Part shown: piece after piece, positions 1 through 9,815 of the stretch
Layout of the letters: the number at the start of each line of letters is the position of its first letter
Position numbering within the stretch: the stretch's first letter is position 1
NCBI GenBank assembly: GCA_963792825.1
Contig: CAWBXS010000001.1
Location: 47,436-111,435, forward strand
Direction: 5' to 3'
Length of the DNA stretch: 64,000 bases
Source of the DNA: an uncultured delta proteobacterium
Lineage (GTDB): Bacteria > Myxococcota_A > Polyangia > Polyangiales > Houyiibacteriaceae
Notes under the pieces: model-generated
Seen by the model: only the letters and a program-made list of their open reading frames with translations
Databases searched by the model: none
Told to the model about the DNA's origin: nothing
Made by a program: the position numbers and the translations under genes

Positions 1-643
1 CCCCGAGAATTCGCGCGACGAAGTCGCCCTCTCGTAGCTCTGCCGCGTGGGCAGCGGCCTGCGCGGCAGCCGCGGGATCACCGAGCATCGAAAGTTGCAC
101 GAGCGCGAGCAACTTGAGGGCCGAAGCGCGCTCGGCCGCGGATAGCTCGAGCCCAGCCTCTCTTTCCAGCATGTCCGCCGCGACCTTCCAGTCTTGGCGC
201 CGCATGGCGTGGCGTCGCAATGCACGGAGAACGACGACATCACGCGCGTCGGCCCCGAGTGCGCGTTCGTAGTCCTGCGCGGCGGCGTCATCATCGCCGA
301 GCTGCTCGTGGAGCTCGGCGGCCGATGTCAAAAGCCGTGCGCGGGCGGAGCCGACCGCCCGCGCGGCCAACGCCTGAAGGAGATCGATCCGACGGACCTT
401 GGTTTCCGGTGTGTCGCCGACCAGCGGCAGCTCCTCGTGGCGTGAGGTGTGCTGAAAGATGGTTCGATGCGCCGCCTGGGCGCCCGCATCCGAAGGATCG
501 GAAGGGCGGCGGGAGCGCTTGGCCTGGGAGCCGGTTTGGGTCTCGACGAACGTGTCGAGCAGGGAGGCGATCGCATCCTCATCGAAATCGAAAGGGGCCG
601 TATCGGATTCGCGATTCGCCTGAGACAGGTCGTCTTCAGCCAT
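1..643 (-). CDS. TPR-like helical-repeat protein, 5' part only (runs off the window's left edge)
   Basis: Not in the ORF track; translated by hand from the ATG at 643 (GGAGG upstream): MAEDDLSQANRESDTAPFDFDEDAIASLLDTF...RARLLTSAAELHEQLGDDDAAAQDYERALGAD... The frame is open to base 1, has a TPR-like A/L/E pattern, and its start overlaps the upstream gene's stop by 8 nt. Confidence 0.75.
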   Translation of the reverse strand, partial: MAEDDLSQANRESDTAPFDFDEDAIASLLDTFVETQTGSQAKRSRRPSDPSDAGAQAAHRTIFQHTSRHEELPLVGDTPETKVRRIDLLQALAARAVGSARARLLTSAAELHEQLGDDDAAAQDYERALGADARDVVVLRALRRHAMRRQDWKVAADMLEREAGLELSAAERASALKLLALVQLSMLGDPAAAAQAAAHAAELREGDFVARILG

Positions 644-3600
644 CGTTCCTCCAAAGGGCAGAGTCCGCGTCGAGCCCAAATCGCAGTAGATCGCGCGCGC
701 GGCGGGAGGTCCTCAGCGCCTCGAGCGTCATCGTTCCGTGGAGCAAAGCGGCGAGACCCGCGCCGAGCTCCCCCGATGCCAGCAAGCCGGCCCGGTCGGC
801 GGTGCGCTGCACGCTTCTCGCAAACGCGAGCAGCGAAGAGGGCTCGGGTTGCGCGTCACCTACAGCCTCGTGGACGGCCTTACGAACCGCCCGGCGCAGC
901 TTGACGTGGGCCGCCGGCAGGATGGGTCCGGCAGACCCGAGCTCGCAGCGCGCGGCCCGGAGAACGGCCGCGAGGATGCCGGCGACTCTGTCCGGGGTGT
1001 CCTCGAGCATCCACGCCGCGCCGAGGGGCGCGGCCCAAGCGAGGCGTCCCGCGACGAATCGGCCCCCCGCGTCGAGGCCCGTTCTGGCGCTGCGCGGGGC
1101 GACCCAGTGGATTTCACCGTCGCTGCCAGTGCGTGCGATCGTCGCTGCAACGTCATCCGACAGCCCGATAGACCCTACGCGCGCCCCGAGGCGCCGAGAC
1201 AACCGCTCGAGCTCCGCGTACACGGGATCGTCCGGGGCGGCCGCGCGAGTTCTCACTCGGTCTTTCGCCAGGGCCGGCCCCGCATGCCGCACGACCTCGA
1301 GAAGCACGGGGTCCGCCTCCGGATCCCATGTTGCGGTTCCCGAGACATTCTCCAGGCGCAGGGCGCCGCCGCCCTCTGCAAAGGCGGTCAGTCCGAACGT
1401 GCTCTGAACGGCCCGCGTCGCCGCGACGCGCTCGCGATGTCCTCGCCACATCGCGGCCTGGGCAAGACCCTCGAGGGACGCGGCGTCGAGCTCCCCATCC
1501 TCGATCTGCGCCCAAATCGCACGTTCGTAGGACGCCACGGCTTGGTCCCCGTCCGTTTCATCGAGCAGCTCGACCAGGCCGGAGATCGCCGCCGCGTGCG
1601 TTGGCTCGCTCTCGAGCGCGCGGGTGTAGGCCTCGATCGCAGCGCCGCGGTTTTGGAGGCTAGCTTCGAGCGCACCCATTCGCGTCCAAGTCTGTGCGTC
1701 TGCGGCCCCGAGTGCTTCCACCGCCCGAAGCTCTGCCAACGCGCGGTCTGGCGCCCCGAGGTGACTCTCCAAAAAATCCGCCGCCCCGAGGTGAGCCAAC
1801 CGACGCTGCTCCGGCGGGATCGCAGCCTGGGAGAGACGCTGAAGACAGTCGACCGCTTCGGGCCAATGCTCGAGCGAGACGTGAACCTCCGCAGCCAAGG
1901 CGAGCGCGCCTGCGTGATCGGGCTCCGAGGTGAAGAGCTCGTGGAGAACGTCGAGCGCTCCCGGGCGATCGCTGAACCCGCGAAGCAGGCGGGCGCGTTC
2001 GTAGAGCAGGTCGAGCCGATCGTTGGGGCTGCCGACGGCGAGGCGCCTCGAGATCAGCGCCTCGAGGGCGTCGGCATCCTCTTGGTGTGCGAGCAGGTCG
2101 TGCAGTCTGCGGAAGGCGATGTCACGAGTCGGATCTTCTTCGAGCGCCTCTCGGAAGAGATCTTCGGCCTGCTGGTACTGTGAGAGGCATTCGAGCCGAA
2201 CCACGCCGGCCTCTTCCAAGAGATCGCCTCTGAGCGGGCCGTCCACGAAGGCGGCGAGCCGTTCGCACGCTTGCGCCACGAGCGGCCACTGCTCCGCTTG
2301 GCGAGCCGCGCCCCGGAGCGTTTCCCACAGTGCGAGATCGTCCGGCCGCTCATTCACCGCGTCGGTCAGCAATGCGACCGCTTCAGCGCCCCGATCGGCT
2401 TCGACGAGCGCTCGGCAATAGGCAGCATCGAGCGCGCCGCGGCCGAGGGTCTCGCTATGCTTGCGCTTCGTCGCGAGGGCGTTCGCACGAAGCTCCGCAT
2501 CATCTCCAGGTGCGAGCGCTTCGTCGATTGCGGTGGCAGCATCCGGATTCAGCTCAGCCAAGTCTTGCGCTTCTTGGGCGAGCATGAAGAGCTCGTCGGC
2601 TGCATCCACCCCACGCACTATGCGCGCGGCGCGAAGACCCTGCACGAGCACCTCAGCCCGCAAGCTCTCGCTCGGGGCCGACCAAGCCAGCTGCAGCCAA
2701 GCGTCACTTGCGGACGAGCCCCGTTCTTCGAGCGATGCCCGAAGCACGCCATAGGCCGTCCCAAACTCGCTCTGCGTCTCGGTGGGCGGCTCCGCGTCAG
2801 CGAGAGCTTCTTCGGCCGCCGATCGTTGATCGGCCGTGGCGAGCCACCGAGGCATCGACAACAACGCGATCGCCGCCGCAACTGCAGCGGCCGGATGATC
2901 GAGCGCTCGGTGGTAGGAGTCGCTCGCGGCGGGTCGGGCCTCGCTGCCCGATCCCAACGCGTCGCCTCGGAGTAGGGCGTAGAGCTCTGAAATCCCGCCA
3001 CCCAGGTCGGCATCGGAGAGATGTGCGTAGGCCCGCCCGAGGCCCCGTTCGTCGCTTTGGCGGCGTGCGACGTCGAGCAACGCCAAGGCAGCAGACGGCG
3101 AGCGCGGCGCTTCGAGCAATGCCTGCTCGTAGGCGTGGCGAGCGGCGGCCCAATTCCCGTCGCGTTCGGCCGTTGCTCCGGCGAGGAGCAGCGATAACGC
3201 TCCAAGCGCTGCGCCCGGCTCACCCCCCGATCGCTCGCGCGCCAGGGACACCACGGCTTCGGGTCGCCCTCCTTCGCGCAAGACTCCATCGAGTAGGCAG
3301 ACGACATAGCGGTCGTCAGGACTGGTGCGCAGGGCTTCGCGCAGGGCCCGCTCTGCTCCCTCCCAGTTCCGGCTGCGCGCGTGCGCCCGCGCCGCGGCAC
3401 ACAAGTGCGCGACCTGAAGGTCGCCCGAGGTGAGCCCGGCAATCACCTCGTGGGCCTCGGCCAGAAGGCCGGCGTTTCCTGTCCATGCGGCGTGCGCGCG
3501 TGCGACGTGAGGCGCCCACGCACGGTTGTTCGAGTCTGAGAGGGCCTCGCGCAGAAGCAGCTCGGTTTCTGCGCTGGCTCCGGAGGCATTTCGCGCCATT

Positions 3601-5060
3601 TCGTATCTGCTGAGCTCGAGCATCGCACGCTCGACGGGTTCGATGTCACACCCGAGGAGACCTTCACAGCGTTTCCGAATCACCTCGGTTTGTTTCGCGT
3701 AGAGCGCGGCGCCGAGCGCTTCGCGCAAGATCTGCGACTTCGAGAACGTCGTTTCGAGGGCGGCCTCTTCGTAGAGCGCCTGCGCACGGCTCGACGCCGC
3801 CGCGCTCATCGTCATCAGTTGTGCGGCATGCCACTTGAGTCGTGAGCGGTCATTGCCCACGGCGGCGTCTGCCTCTCGACACAAGCGCTCGGCCCGCTCC
3901 GCATGAGCCCCTCCGCGGATCGAGGCGACGTCGAGGGCAGCTCGGGCGTAGCCTGAGTCCGGAAAGCGCGCGACCGCGTCCCAAAGGGTCTCCGTCGCTT
4001 CCTGAAGGTCCGCGCCAGACAGGGCGCGCCGCACCTCGTGCGCCACGAACGCCGCGTCCTCAGGGGCCTCAGCGAGAAACCATTCGGACGCTCTGCGCGA
4101 TGCCGCTTCGTTGCCCCGGCGCTCCTCGACGAGCAGTGCTTGGAGTCGAGCCGACCGCCGGTCCGGGCACAGCCGCAAGGAAGCATCGAGGTAGCCCGCC
4201 GCGGCGTCGGCGTCGTCGAGCTGAATCTCGCTGCACGTCGCGGCCTCTTGCCGCATGAATGCCGCGAGGGCGAGACGTTCCTCTGGCGGGACCGAGAGGC
4301 TCAAGGGATCGGAAGAGCCGCCACCTCGCACAGCCGCCTCGAGGAGCTCCGCCATCGAGGTCGCCGCACGAACGAATACTTCCCATCGCTCGTGCTCTCG
4401 GGCGGTCCGGAGTTGAAGAGACCGCGCTTGCCAGATGACGGCTTCGGACTCGCACGCGCGCTCGAGGGCGTCGATCGCTTCGTCGGGATGCCCTGCATCA
4501 ATCTCGCTCAACGCCACGTCGATCCACAGGGCGGCTCCCAAGTCTCGGTCGCTGGCGTGCTCCGCTTGAACCCGCAGCGCGTGTCGGACGGCGTCTTCGT
4601 CGCCCCGAGCGTCGGCGAGCCACTCGAGGACGAGGGCAGGCACCACCGGTGCCGGAGACCGCGCGATCGCCTTCTCGAGAAGCGACGCCCCATCCTCCGA
4701 GTCGATCGCCAAGTCCACGAGTGCCGCAGCGCTGATCGCAGGGCTCCGCGCCGACGCCGCATGCTCGTGACGAAGAGCTGCGAGGTCGGGGTCTTTGGAG
4801 CGTTCCGCCAGGCGAAGGCGAGCGATGAGGGCTGGCTGGAACCCCGGCGCAACCGAATGTGCCCGCCCGTAGTGCTCCGCCGCCTCATAGACCTGCGCGA
4901 GCTCGTGCTCGTAGAGCGCACCGATTCGATAGAGAATTGCGGCTTGGCTCATCGGCTCCGTTTCTGCGTCGAGCTCGCGGCACAAGTTCGCGATACGCAG
5001 CGAAATCAAGTCCTGCTTGCGCGAAGCCCCTCCTGGGCGTGGTGGCGGCTCCTCGATCAT
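636..5060 (-). CDS. Giant TPR/helical-repeat protein (~1470 aa), myxobacterial type
   Basis: 1491-aa ORF, likely start MIEEPPPRPGG at 5060. Repeated TPR-like units such as AILYRIGALYEHEL, YEQALLEAPRSPSAALAL, AEDLFREALEEDPT and AIEAYTRALESEPTHAAA. Confidence 0.8.
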   Translation of the reverse strand: MIEEPPPRPGGASRKQDLISLRIANLCRELDAETEPMSQAAILYRIGALYEHELAQVYEAAEHYGRAHSVAPGFQPALIARLRLAERSKDPDLAALRHEHAASARSPAISAAALVDLAIDSEDGASLLEKAIARSPAPVVPALVLEWLADARGDEDAVRHALRVQAEHASDRDLGAALWIDVALSEIDAGHPDEAIDALERACESEAVIWQARSLQLRTAREHERWEVFVRAATSMAELLEAAVRGGGSSDPLSLSVPPEERLALAAFMRQEAATCSEIQLDDADAAAGYLDASLRLCPDRRSARLQALLVEERRGNEAASRRASEWFLAEAPEDAAFVAHEVRRALSGADLQEATETLWDAVARFPDSGYARAALDVASIRGGAHAERAERLCREADAAVGNDRSRLKWHAAQLMTMSAAASSRAQALYEEAALETTFSKSQILREALGAALYAKQTEVIRKRCEGLLGCDIEPVERAMLELSRYEMARNASGASAETELLLREALSDSNNRAWAPHVARAHAAWTGNAGLLAEAHEVIAGLTSGDLQVAHLCAAARAHARSRNWEGAERALREALRTSPDDRYVVCLLDGVLREGGRPEAVVSLARERSGGEPGAALGALSLLLAGATAERDGNWAAARHAYEQALLEAPRSPSAALALLDVARRQSDERGLGRAYAHLSDADLGGGISELYALLRGDALGSGSEARPAASDSYHRALDHPAAAVAAAIALLSMPRWLATADQRSAAEEALADAEPPTETQSEFGTAYGVLRASLEERGSSASDAWLQLAWSAPSESLRAEVLVQGLRAARIVRGVDAADELFMLAQEAQDLAELNPDAATAIDEALAPGDDAELRANALATKRKHSETLGRGALDAAYCRALVEADRGAEAVALLTDAVNERPDDLALWETLRGAARQAEQWPLVAQACERLAAFVDGPLRGDLLEEAGVVRLECLSQYQQAEDLFREALEEDPTRDIAFRRLHDLLAHQEDADALEALISRRLAVGSPNDRLDLLYERARLLRGFSDRPGALDVLHELFTSEPDHAGALALAAEVHVSLEHWPEAVDCLQRLSQAAIPPEQRRLAHLGAADFLESHLGAPDRALAELRAVEALGAADAQTWTRMGALEASLQNRGAAIEAYTRALESEPTHAAAISGLVELLDETDGDQAVASYERAIWAQIEDGELDAASLEGLAQAAMWRGHRERVAATRAVQSTFGLTAFAEGGGALRLENVSGTATWDPEADPVLLEVVRHAGPALAKDRVRTRAAAPDDPVYAELERLSRRLGARVGSIGLSDDVAATIARTGSDGEIHWVAPRSARTGLDAGGRFVAGRLAWAAPLGAAWMLEDTPDRVAGILAAVLRAARCELGSAGPILPAAHVKLRRAVRKAVHEAVGDAQPEPSSLLAFARSVQRTADRAGLLASGELGAGLAALLHGTMTLEALRTSRRARDLLRFGLDADSALWRNDG

Positions 5061-5073
5061 CCGCCGTCCCCGA

Positions 5074-5835
5074 TTATGCGAGTGTCCAACCGCCGTCGAT
5101 GACCATGACATCCCCCGTTAGGTAGTCCGACTCGTCCGAAGCCAAGAAGACCGCGCCTCCCGCAATGTCCCGAGGCTGACCGATCCGTCCAATCGCGGTT
5201 CGATCGACGATACTCTTACGTATTTGGTCGTTGTCGACCAACACTTGGGCGAACTTGGTTTCGATGAGTCCTGGCGCGATCGCATTGACGCGAATGCCCG
5301 ATCCGCCCAGCTCCATGGCCAACGTCTTCGTCATCGAGATCACCGCAGCTTTGGTCATGGCGTAAACACCCTGCATCGGTGCTGCCATCAGTCCGACCAC
5401 GCTCGCGATGTTCACGACCGACCCCTTGGCCTGTCGCGCCTGCAAGTGGCCTGCGACGAGTTGAATCATTCCGAAGTAGCCTTTTACGTTGACCTCGAAC
5501 GTCTTGTCCCATGCGCCTCCGTCGATGGTGAGCATTGGACCGAAGTGCGGATTCGTCGCGGCGTTGTTCACGAGGATGTCGATTTTCCCGAACGCTTTCA
5601 ACGCCTGCTCTAACATGTCTTGTCGCTGATTTGGGTGGCCGACATGGCAAGCGATCGGCATGGCTTCTCCCCCCTGGGCCCGGATCTGGTCAGCGACCGC
5701 CTCCAGGCCTTCGATCTTTCGCGAAACGAGAACGACCTTGGCCCCCTCTTCGGCCATGTTGGCTGCGATCGCCGCTCCGATTCCGCGGCTTGCCCCCGTG
5801 ACGATCGCCACCTTGCTTCGTAGGCGTTCACCCAT
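5074..5835 (-). CDS. Short-chain dehydrogenase/reductase (DHRS4/FabG-like)
   Basis: TGASRGIG Rossmann motif, NNAA, catalytic YAMTK, NAIAPG, and C-terminal TGDVMVIDGG. Confidence 0.92.
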   Translation of the reverse strand: MGERLRSKVAIVTGASRGIGAAIAANMAEEGAKVVLVSRKIEGLEAVADQIRAQGGEAMPIACHVGHPNQRQDMLEQALKAFGKIDILVNNAATNPHFGPMLTIDGGAWDKTFEVNVKGYFGMIQLVAGHLQARQAKGSVVNIASVVGLMAAPMQGVYAMTKAAVISMTKTLAMELGGSGIRVNAIAPGLIETKFAQVLVDNDQIRKSIVDRTAIGRIGQPRDIAGGAVFLASDESDYLTGDVMVIDGGWTLA

Positions 5836-5974
5836 CTGGTCCCCTCCGTTCGGTCTGACACGTATAGCGCTCCGCGGGGTGGTTTCGCCAGCGCGAACTG
5901 CATGGGCCTTGCGCGACTCCTCCGCTGAGCAAGACTAGGCCGTTGCCCGCTTCGCCGAAGAGGTCGTCCTGACG

Positions 5975-6961
5975 TTGTCCTATGCGATCGCCGCGGTCGT
6001 CGTGGGCTTCATTGCGGTGGTCTGGGGTGCCGACCGTTTCGTCTACGGGGCGGCCGGGCTCGCTCGCAATCTAGGGGTGAGCCGCCTGGTCATCGGGTTG
6101 ACCATCGTCGCGTTCGGCACGTCCGCGCCCGAAATGGTGGTCTCTGGAATGGCCGCCGCCGCGGGAAGCCGAGCGATGGGAATCGGAAATGCGATCGGCT
6201 CCAACATCACCAATGCGACGTTGGTTCTCGGAGCCGCCGCGATCGCATCTCCGCTCAGAGTTCACTCGCGTCTGCTCATCCGGGAGATTCCGTTCCTCTT
6301 CCTGATCATGGCGGTTGCCTGGGCGCTCCTCGCAGACGGGTTGTTGAGCTTGATCGACGGGATCGTCTTGCTGACCGGTATGTTCGTGTTGCTCGCGTGG
6401 ATCGGTGCGCAGGCGCGCAAGGAGTCGCCAGGGGAGCTGGACCCGCTCGCGGCAGGCGTAGAGGACGGCAACATTCCCGATTCGATCGCGACCCCTAGGG
6501 CGGTCAGCCTCTTCGCGATCGGGCTGCTCGTCGTGCTCGTGGGCTCTCGGGTGCTCGTTTGGGGCGCGGTGCAGATGGCGCACGACCTCGGGGTGAGCGA
6601 GCTCGTCGTGGGGCTCACGCTGGTCGCGCTCGGCACGAGCCTTCCTGAGCTAGCCGCTTCGGTTGCGGCGGCACGCCATGGCGAGGACGACATCGCGATC
6701 GGCAACGTCGTCGGGTCCAACATGTTCAACCTGCTCGGCGTGCTCGCGCTGCCTGGTATCATCGCCCCTGGGACCGTGGATCGATCGGTGGTCGCCGTAG
6801 ACTTCCCCATCATGGTGGGCGTCACGTTGCTGGTCGTGCTCATGGCGCGCAACAAGCGCAGTCACATCGGCCGCAAACGAGGGTTCGCCCTCGTCGTCGT
6901 GTTCGTAGGCTATTTCGTGATGCAGTTTGCGACTTCCCCGCTCCCCCACGCCGGTCTCTAG
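5975..6961 (+). CDS. Calcium/sodium antiporter (CaCA family, YrbG-like)
   Basis: Two alpha repeats (AFGTSAPE...GNAIGSNITN; ALGTSLPE...GNVVGSNMFN) and about 10 TM segments. TTG start. Confidence 0.93.
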   Translation: MSYAIAAVVVGFIAVVWGADRFVYGAAGLARNLGVSRLVIGLTIVAFGTSAPEMVVSGMAAAAGSRAMGIGNAIGSNITNATLVLGAAAIASPLRVHSRLLIREIPFLFLIMAVAWALLADGLLSLIDGIVLLTGMFVLLAWIGAQARKESPGELDPLAAGVEDGNIPDSIATPRAVSLFAIGLLVVLVGSRVLVWGAVQMAHDLGVSELVVGLTLVALGTSLPELAASVAAARHGEDDIAIGNVVGSNMFNLLGVLALPGIIAPGTVDRSVVAVDFPIMVGVTLLVVLMARNKRSHIGRKRGFALVVVFVGYFVMQFATSPLPHAGL

Positions 6962-7575
6962 GGGCACCGCGTCCACACGAGAGTCATGTTGTTGGCCGGC
7001 ATTGCAACTCGCTCCGAGAGCGTGAAGCCGGTGCGCCCACCGAGGCTCGTGAGATCGTCGATGTCGCGAATTCCCCAGCTCGGATCGCGAGATCGCAGAT
7101 CTTGGTCGAATGCCGCGTTGCTCGGTGCGGTGTGCGTGCCGTGAAGCCGGTAAGGGCCGTACGTGACCAGAGGTGAGCCCGCGGTCAGCAGCTCACCCGC
7201 GCCACGAAACAGCGCCTCGGTCGTCTCCCAGGCCGAAATGTGAATCATGTTGATGCAGACCAGGGCGTCCGCCTTCCTGATCGGCCACTGCGGCCACCGC
7301 ACGTCGAGCTCCAAAGGGGGAAGGAGGTTTTCGAGAGCCGCCTCCTCGACCCGCGCGCCAATGCTCCGCAGGGCCTCGAGGGATACATCCGTGGGCTGCC
7401 AACGCAGAGCGGAAAGATGCTCGGAAAAGAAGGTCGCATGCTGGCCAGTACCACTCGCTACTTCCACGACGTATCCGGAGGGTGGCAGGACCCGGCGGAG
7501 CACGTCGAGGATCGGTTGCCGATTGCGTTCGGCGGCAGGCGCAAAACCTTTTGCCATCACGATTGCATAGCTCAT
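6958..7575 (-). CDS. DUF938 family SAM-dependent methyltransferase
   Basis: APAAERNRQPIL, EVASGTGQHA, WQPTD, INMIHIS, YGPY, SNAAFDQDLR and MPANN are all typical DUF938 motifs. The start may be the ATG about 18 nt downstream. Confidence 0.9.
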   Translation of the reverse strand: MSYAIVMAKGFAPAAERNRQPILDVLRRVLPPSGYVVEVASGTGQHATFFSEHLSALRWQPTDVSLEALRSIGARVEEAALENLLPPLELDVRWPQWPIRKADALVCINMIHISAWETTEALFRGAGELLTAGSPLVTYGPYRLHGTHTAPSNAAFDQDLRSRDPSWGIRDIDDLTSLGGRTGFTLSERVAMPANNMTLVWTRCP

Positions 7576-7619
7576 AACGTCTGATCATCGAATCGAAACG
7601 CGCTGAGCAAGGGGCAAGG

Positions 7620-9815
7620 GTGGGTTGGAGGCTCGTCGTCGCGGTCTGTTTGGGAGTGCCGTGGCTGACCCGGGGCTTGCTTCTGCACGAGAAGCGCCTC
7701 GCTGTCGCTCCGATCGATTTGAGGGGCGCGCTTGCCGATGCGTCGGTCGCCTTGTTGGTCATCGGCATCGCCGGCGCCCTGCTCGCCACGCGCCGCTGGT
7801 GGGGCCGCGTACTCGCGCTCAGCGCGGTCCTCGCGTTCGTCGCGGCGAGCTTCGGGATCTACGAGTTCGTCTCGGTTTTCGATTCTCTCTACGCGCTCAG
7901 TCACGTCGGTTTCTTGGTGGATTCGACCTTCATCGGCGGCTCGGTTCGTCACGTCCGGCATCCCGTCTTGCTCATATCGATGGCGGCTCTCGCGATCGCG
8001 GCCGTCTCGTGGGCAGGCTCGCCGCCTAGGCTCTGGTGGAGAGGGTGGGGCATCGCGTTCGCTGCGTGCGTGCTCGGTCAGGTCGTCATCCCCGCCTCCG
8101 ACGACGAAGACGAGTGGCGACAGAGCCATGCGATTCAAGCGAACATGGTGTTTCCCCGGGTCCTCGAACGCGTCGCACCGCGTACGATGAGCGCCGAGGT
8201 GCGGGACGTCTTCCGGAGCGACCTTCACGCCGAGCGGTGGGTTGGACCGCTCCGCGGAAGGCCGAACGTGCTTCTCATCCTGATCGAGGCTGCCTCGGGC
8301 GCCTATCTCCCGTCGGTGGCTGCGGCTGAGGGGGTCCAGAGCGCCACCAGCATGCCCAAGTTGGACGCGCTCGCTCAGCGACACATCCTTTTGACCCACG
8401 TGGTCTCGCATCAAAGACAGACCAACCGCGGCGAGTACGGCATCCTGTGCGGCGACTACCCGAAGCTTCTCACCGACCAGTCCAAGATGAGCGAGCAGGT
8501 CTATGGAACCACGCGCCGATGCCTCCCCGAGGTGCTGCGCGAGGCCGGCTACGCTACGGCGTACATTCAATCGGCGCCCCTCGCCTTCATGCTGAAGGAC
8601 CAATTCATGAAGAGGGCCGGCTTCGAGGAGCTGACCGGAGACCCCTGGTTCGAGGAAAGTTACGCGCGCACGGCTTGGGGCGTCGATGACAAGGCCTTCT
8701 TCGAGCAGTCGCTCGGTAAAGTGATCGCGCTTCACGACGCAGGGCGTCCCTTTTTTGCAGCGCTTCTGACCGTTGGCACACATCACCCGTTCACCTTCCC
8801 GGATTCTGCCAACTGGCCAGGCGCTGAGACCCGGCAAGCACGCGCTTTTCGATGGGCGGACGACGCGCTCGACGAGTTTCTGGCGGAGCTCGAACGCAGT
8901 GGCTCGCTAGACGACACGGTCGTGATCATCACATCGGACGAGTCGTCGGGGCTCGAGCGGGCGGCGAGTGCGACCCAAAGACTGCTCTCCCAGAGCTGGT
9001 CCTTCGCCGTCGTCATGCTTCCCGAGCCACGCGCGAAGCGAATCGACACGATCTACGGACACGTGGACACCGCACTCTCGGTGTCAGATCTCCTCGGGCT
9101 CGAGCGCCAGGCGAGCCATTTCATCGGCAGGAGCTGGTTCCGCCAGTACGAAACGCCACGTCCGCTCTTCGCGGGCAACACGTACGCGCGAAGCGTCATC
9201 ATGTGGGAGCCCTCCGGCAGCGCCGTCCTTTGCGATGAATCGTTTCGCAGCTGTGCTCGCTCGGTCCCCGTCGGCGATCAAGTGTTTGGTCCCAAGCGGC
9301 GGACCGAAGTGGCATCGCCCCATGAACGCCAGCTGCTCGCCGAGGTCGCGCGACTGACGCGCTCGGGCCGGCCAGACATGACCCACGCAGAGGCGCTCGA
9401 GCTGCTGACCGAGCCCGAGGTCACCATCCGGCCCGCCGACGGCAAGAGGCTGCTGATCGGCGGCCAGTATCTCCGTGTTCCGGGCGGCACGATCCTCAGC
9501 GTCGACTTGGACCTGGAGGTCGTTGGGCCACGGGCTGCGATAGCGTTTCATCAAGACGTCTTTGTCGGCGGGTACTCGAAGTTCGTCCGGGACGAGGTGC
9601 GGCTCCAAGAGGGGGAGCGGTGGCGGTTGAGCTATGAGATCGGTGTGCCGAAGGACACGAGCCAGCTCGTGGTCGAGCTCTACGCGACGGCCTCGTCCGG
9701 CGAGCCAGCGACGATTCGATTCCACGAGGCCCGGCTTTCCATGACGGATCGGGGAGCGACGGTCGAGACGGTCGTCGTCACTCGAGATGAGGTGTCGTCA
9801 CCCGATCCTCGCTGA
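7620..9815 (+). CDS. Membrane-anchored LTA-synthase/sulfatase-fold (alkaline phosphatase superfamily) transferase
   Basis: N-terminal TM helices, then PNVLLILIEAA, QTNRGEYGILCG (Thr nucleophile position), TVGTHHPF, DDALDEFL and VIITSDE, followed by an extra C-terminal beta-rich domain. Confidence 0.78.
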   Translation: MGWRLVVAVCLGVPWLTRGLLLHEKRLAVAPIDLRGALADASVALLVIGIAGALLATRRWWGRVLALSAVLAFVAASFGIYEFVSVFDSLYALSHVGFLVDSTFIGGSVRHVRHPVLLISMAALAIAAVSWAGSPPRLWWRGWGIAFAACVLGQVVIPASDDEDEWRQSHAIQANMVFPRVLERVAPRTMSAEVRDVFRSDLHAERWVGPLRGRPNVLLILIEAASGAYLPSVAAAEGVQSATSMPKLDALAQRHILLTHVVSHQRQTNRGEYGILCGDYPKLLTDQSKMSEQVYGTTRRCLPEVLREAGYATAYIQSAPLAFMLKDQFMKRAGFEELTGDPWFEESYARTAWGVDDKAFFEQSLGKVIALHDAGRPFFAALLTVGTHHPFTFPDSANWPGAETRQARAFRWADDALDEFLAELERSGSLDDTVVIITSDESSGLERAASATQRLLSQSWSFAVVMLPEPRAKRIDTIYGHVDTALSVSDLLGLERQASHFIGRSWFRQYETPRPLFAGNTYARSVIMWEPSGSAVLCDESFRSCARSVPVGDQVFGPKRRTEVASPHERQLLAEVARLTRSGRPDMTHAEALELLTEPEVTIRPADGKRLLIGGQYLRVPGGTILSVDLDLEVVGPRAAIAFHQDVFVGGYSKFVRDEVRLQEGERWRLSYEIGVPKDTSQLVVELYATASSGEPATIRFHEARLSMTDRGATVETVVVTRDEVSSPDPR

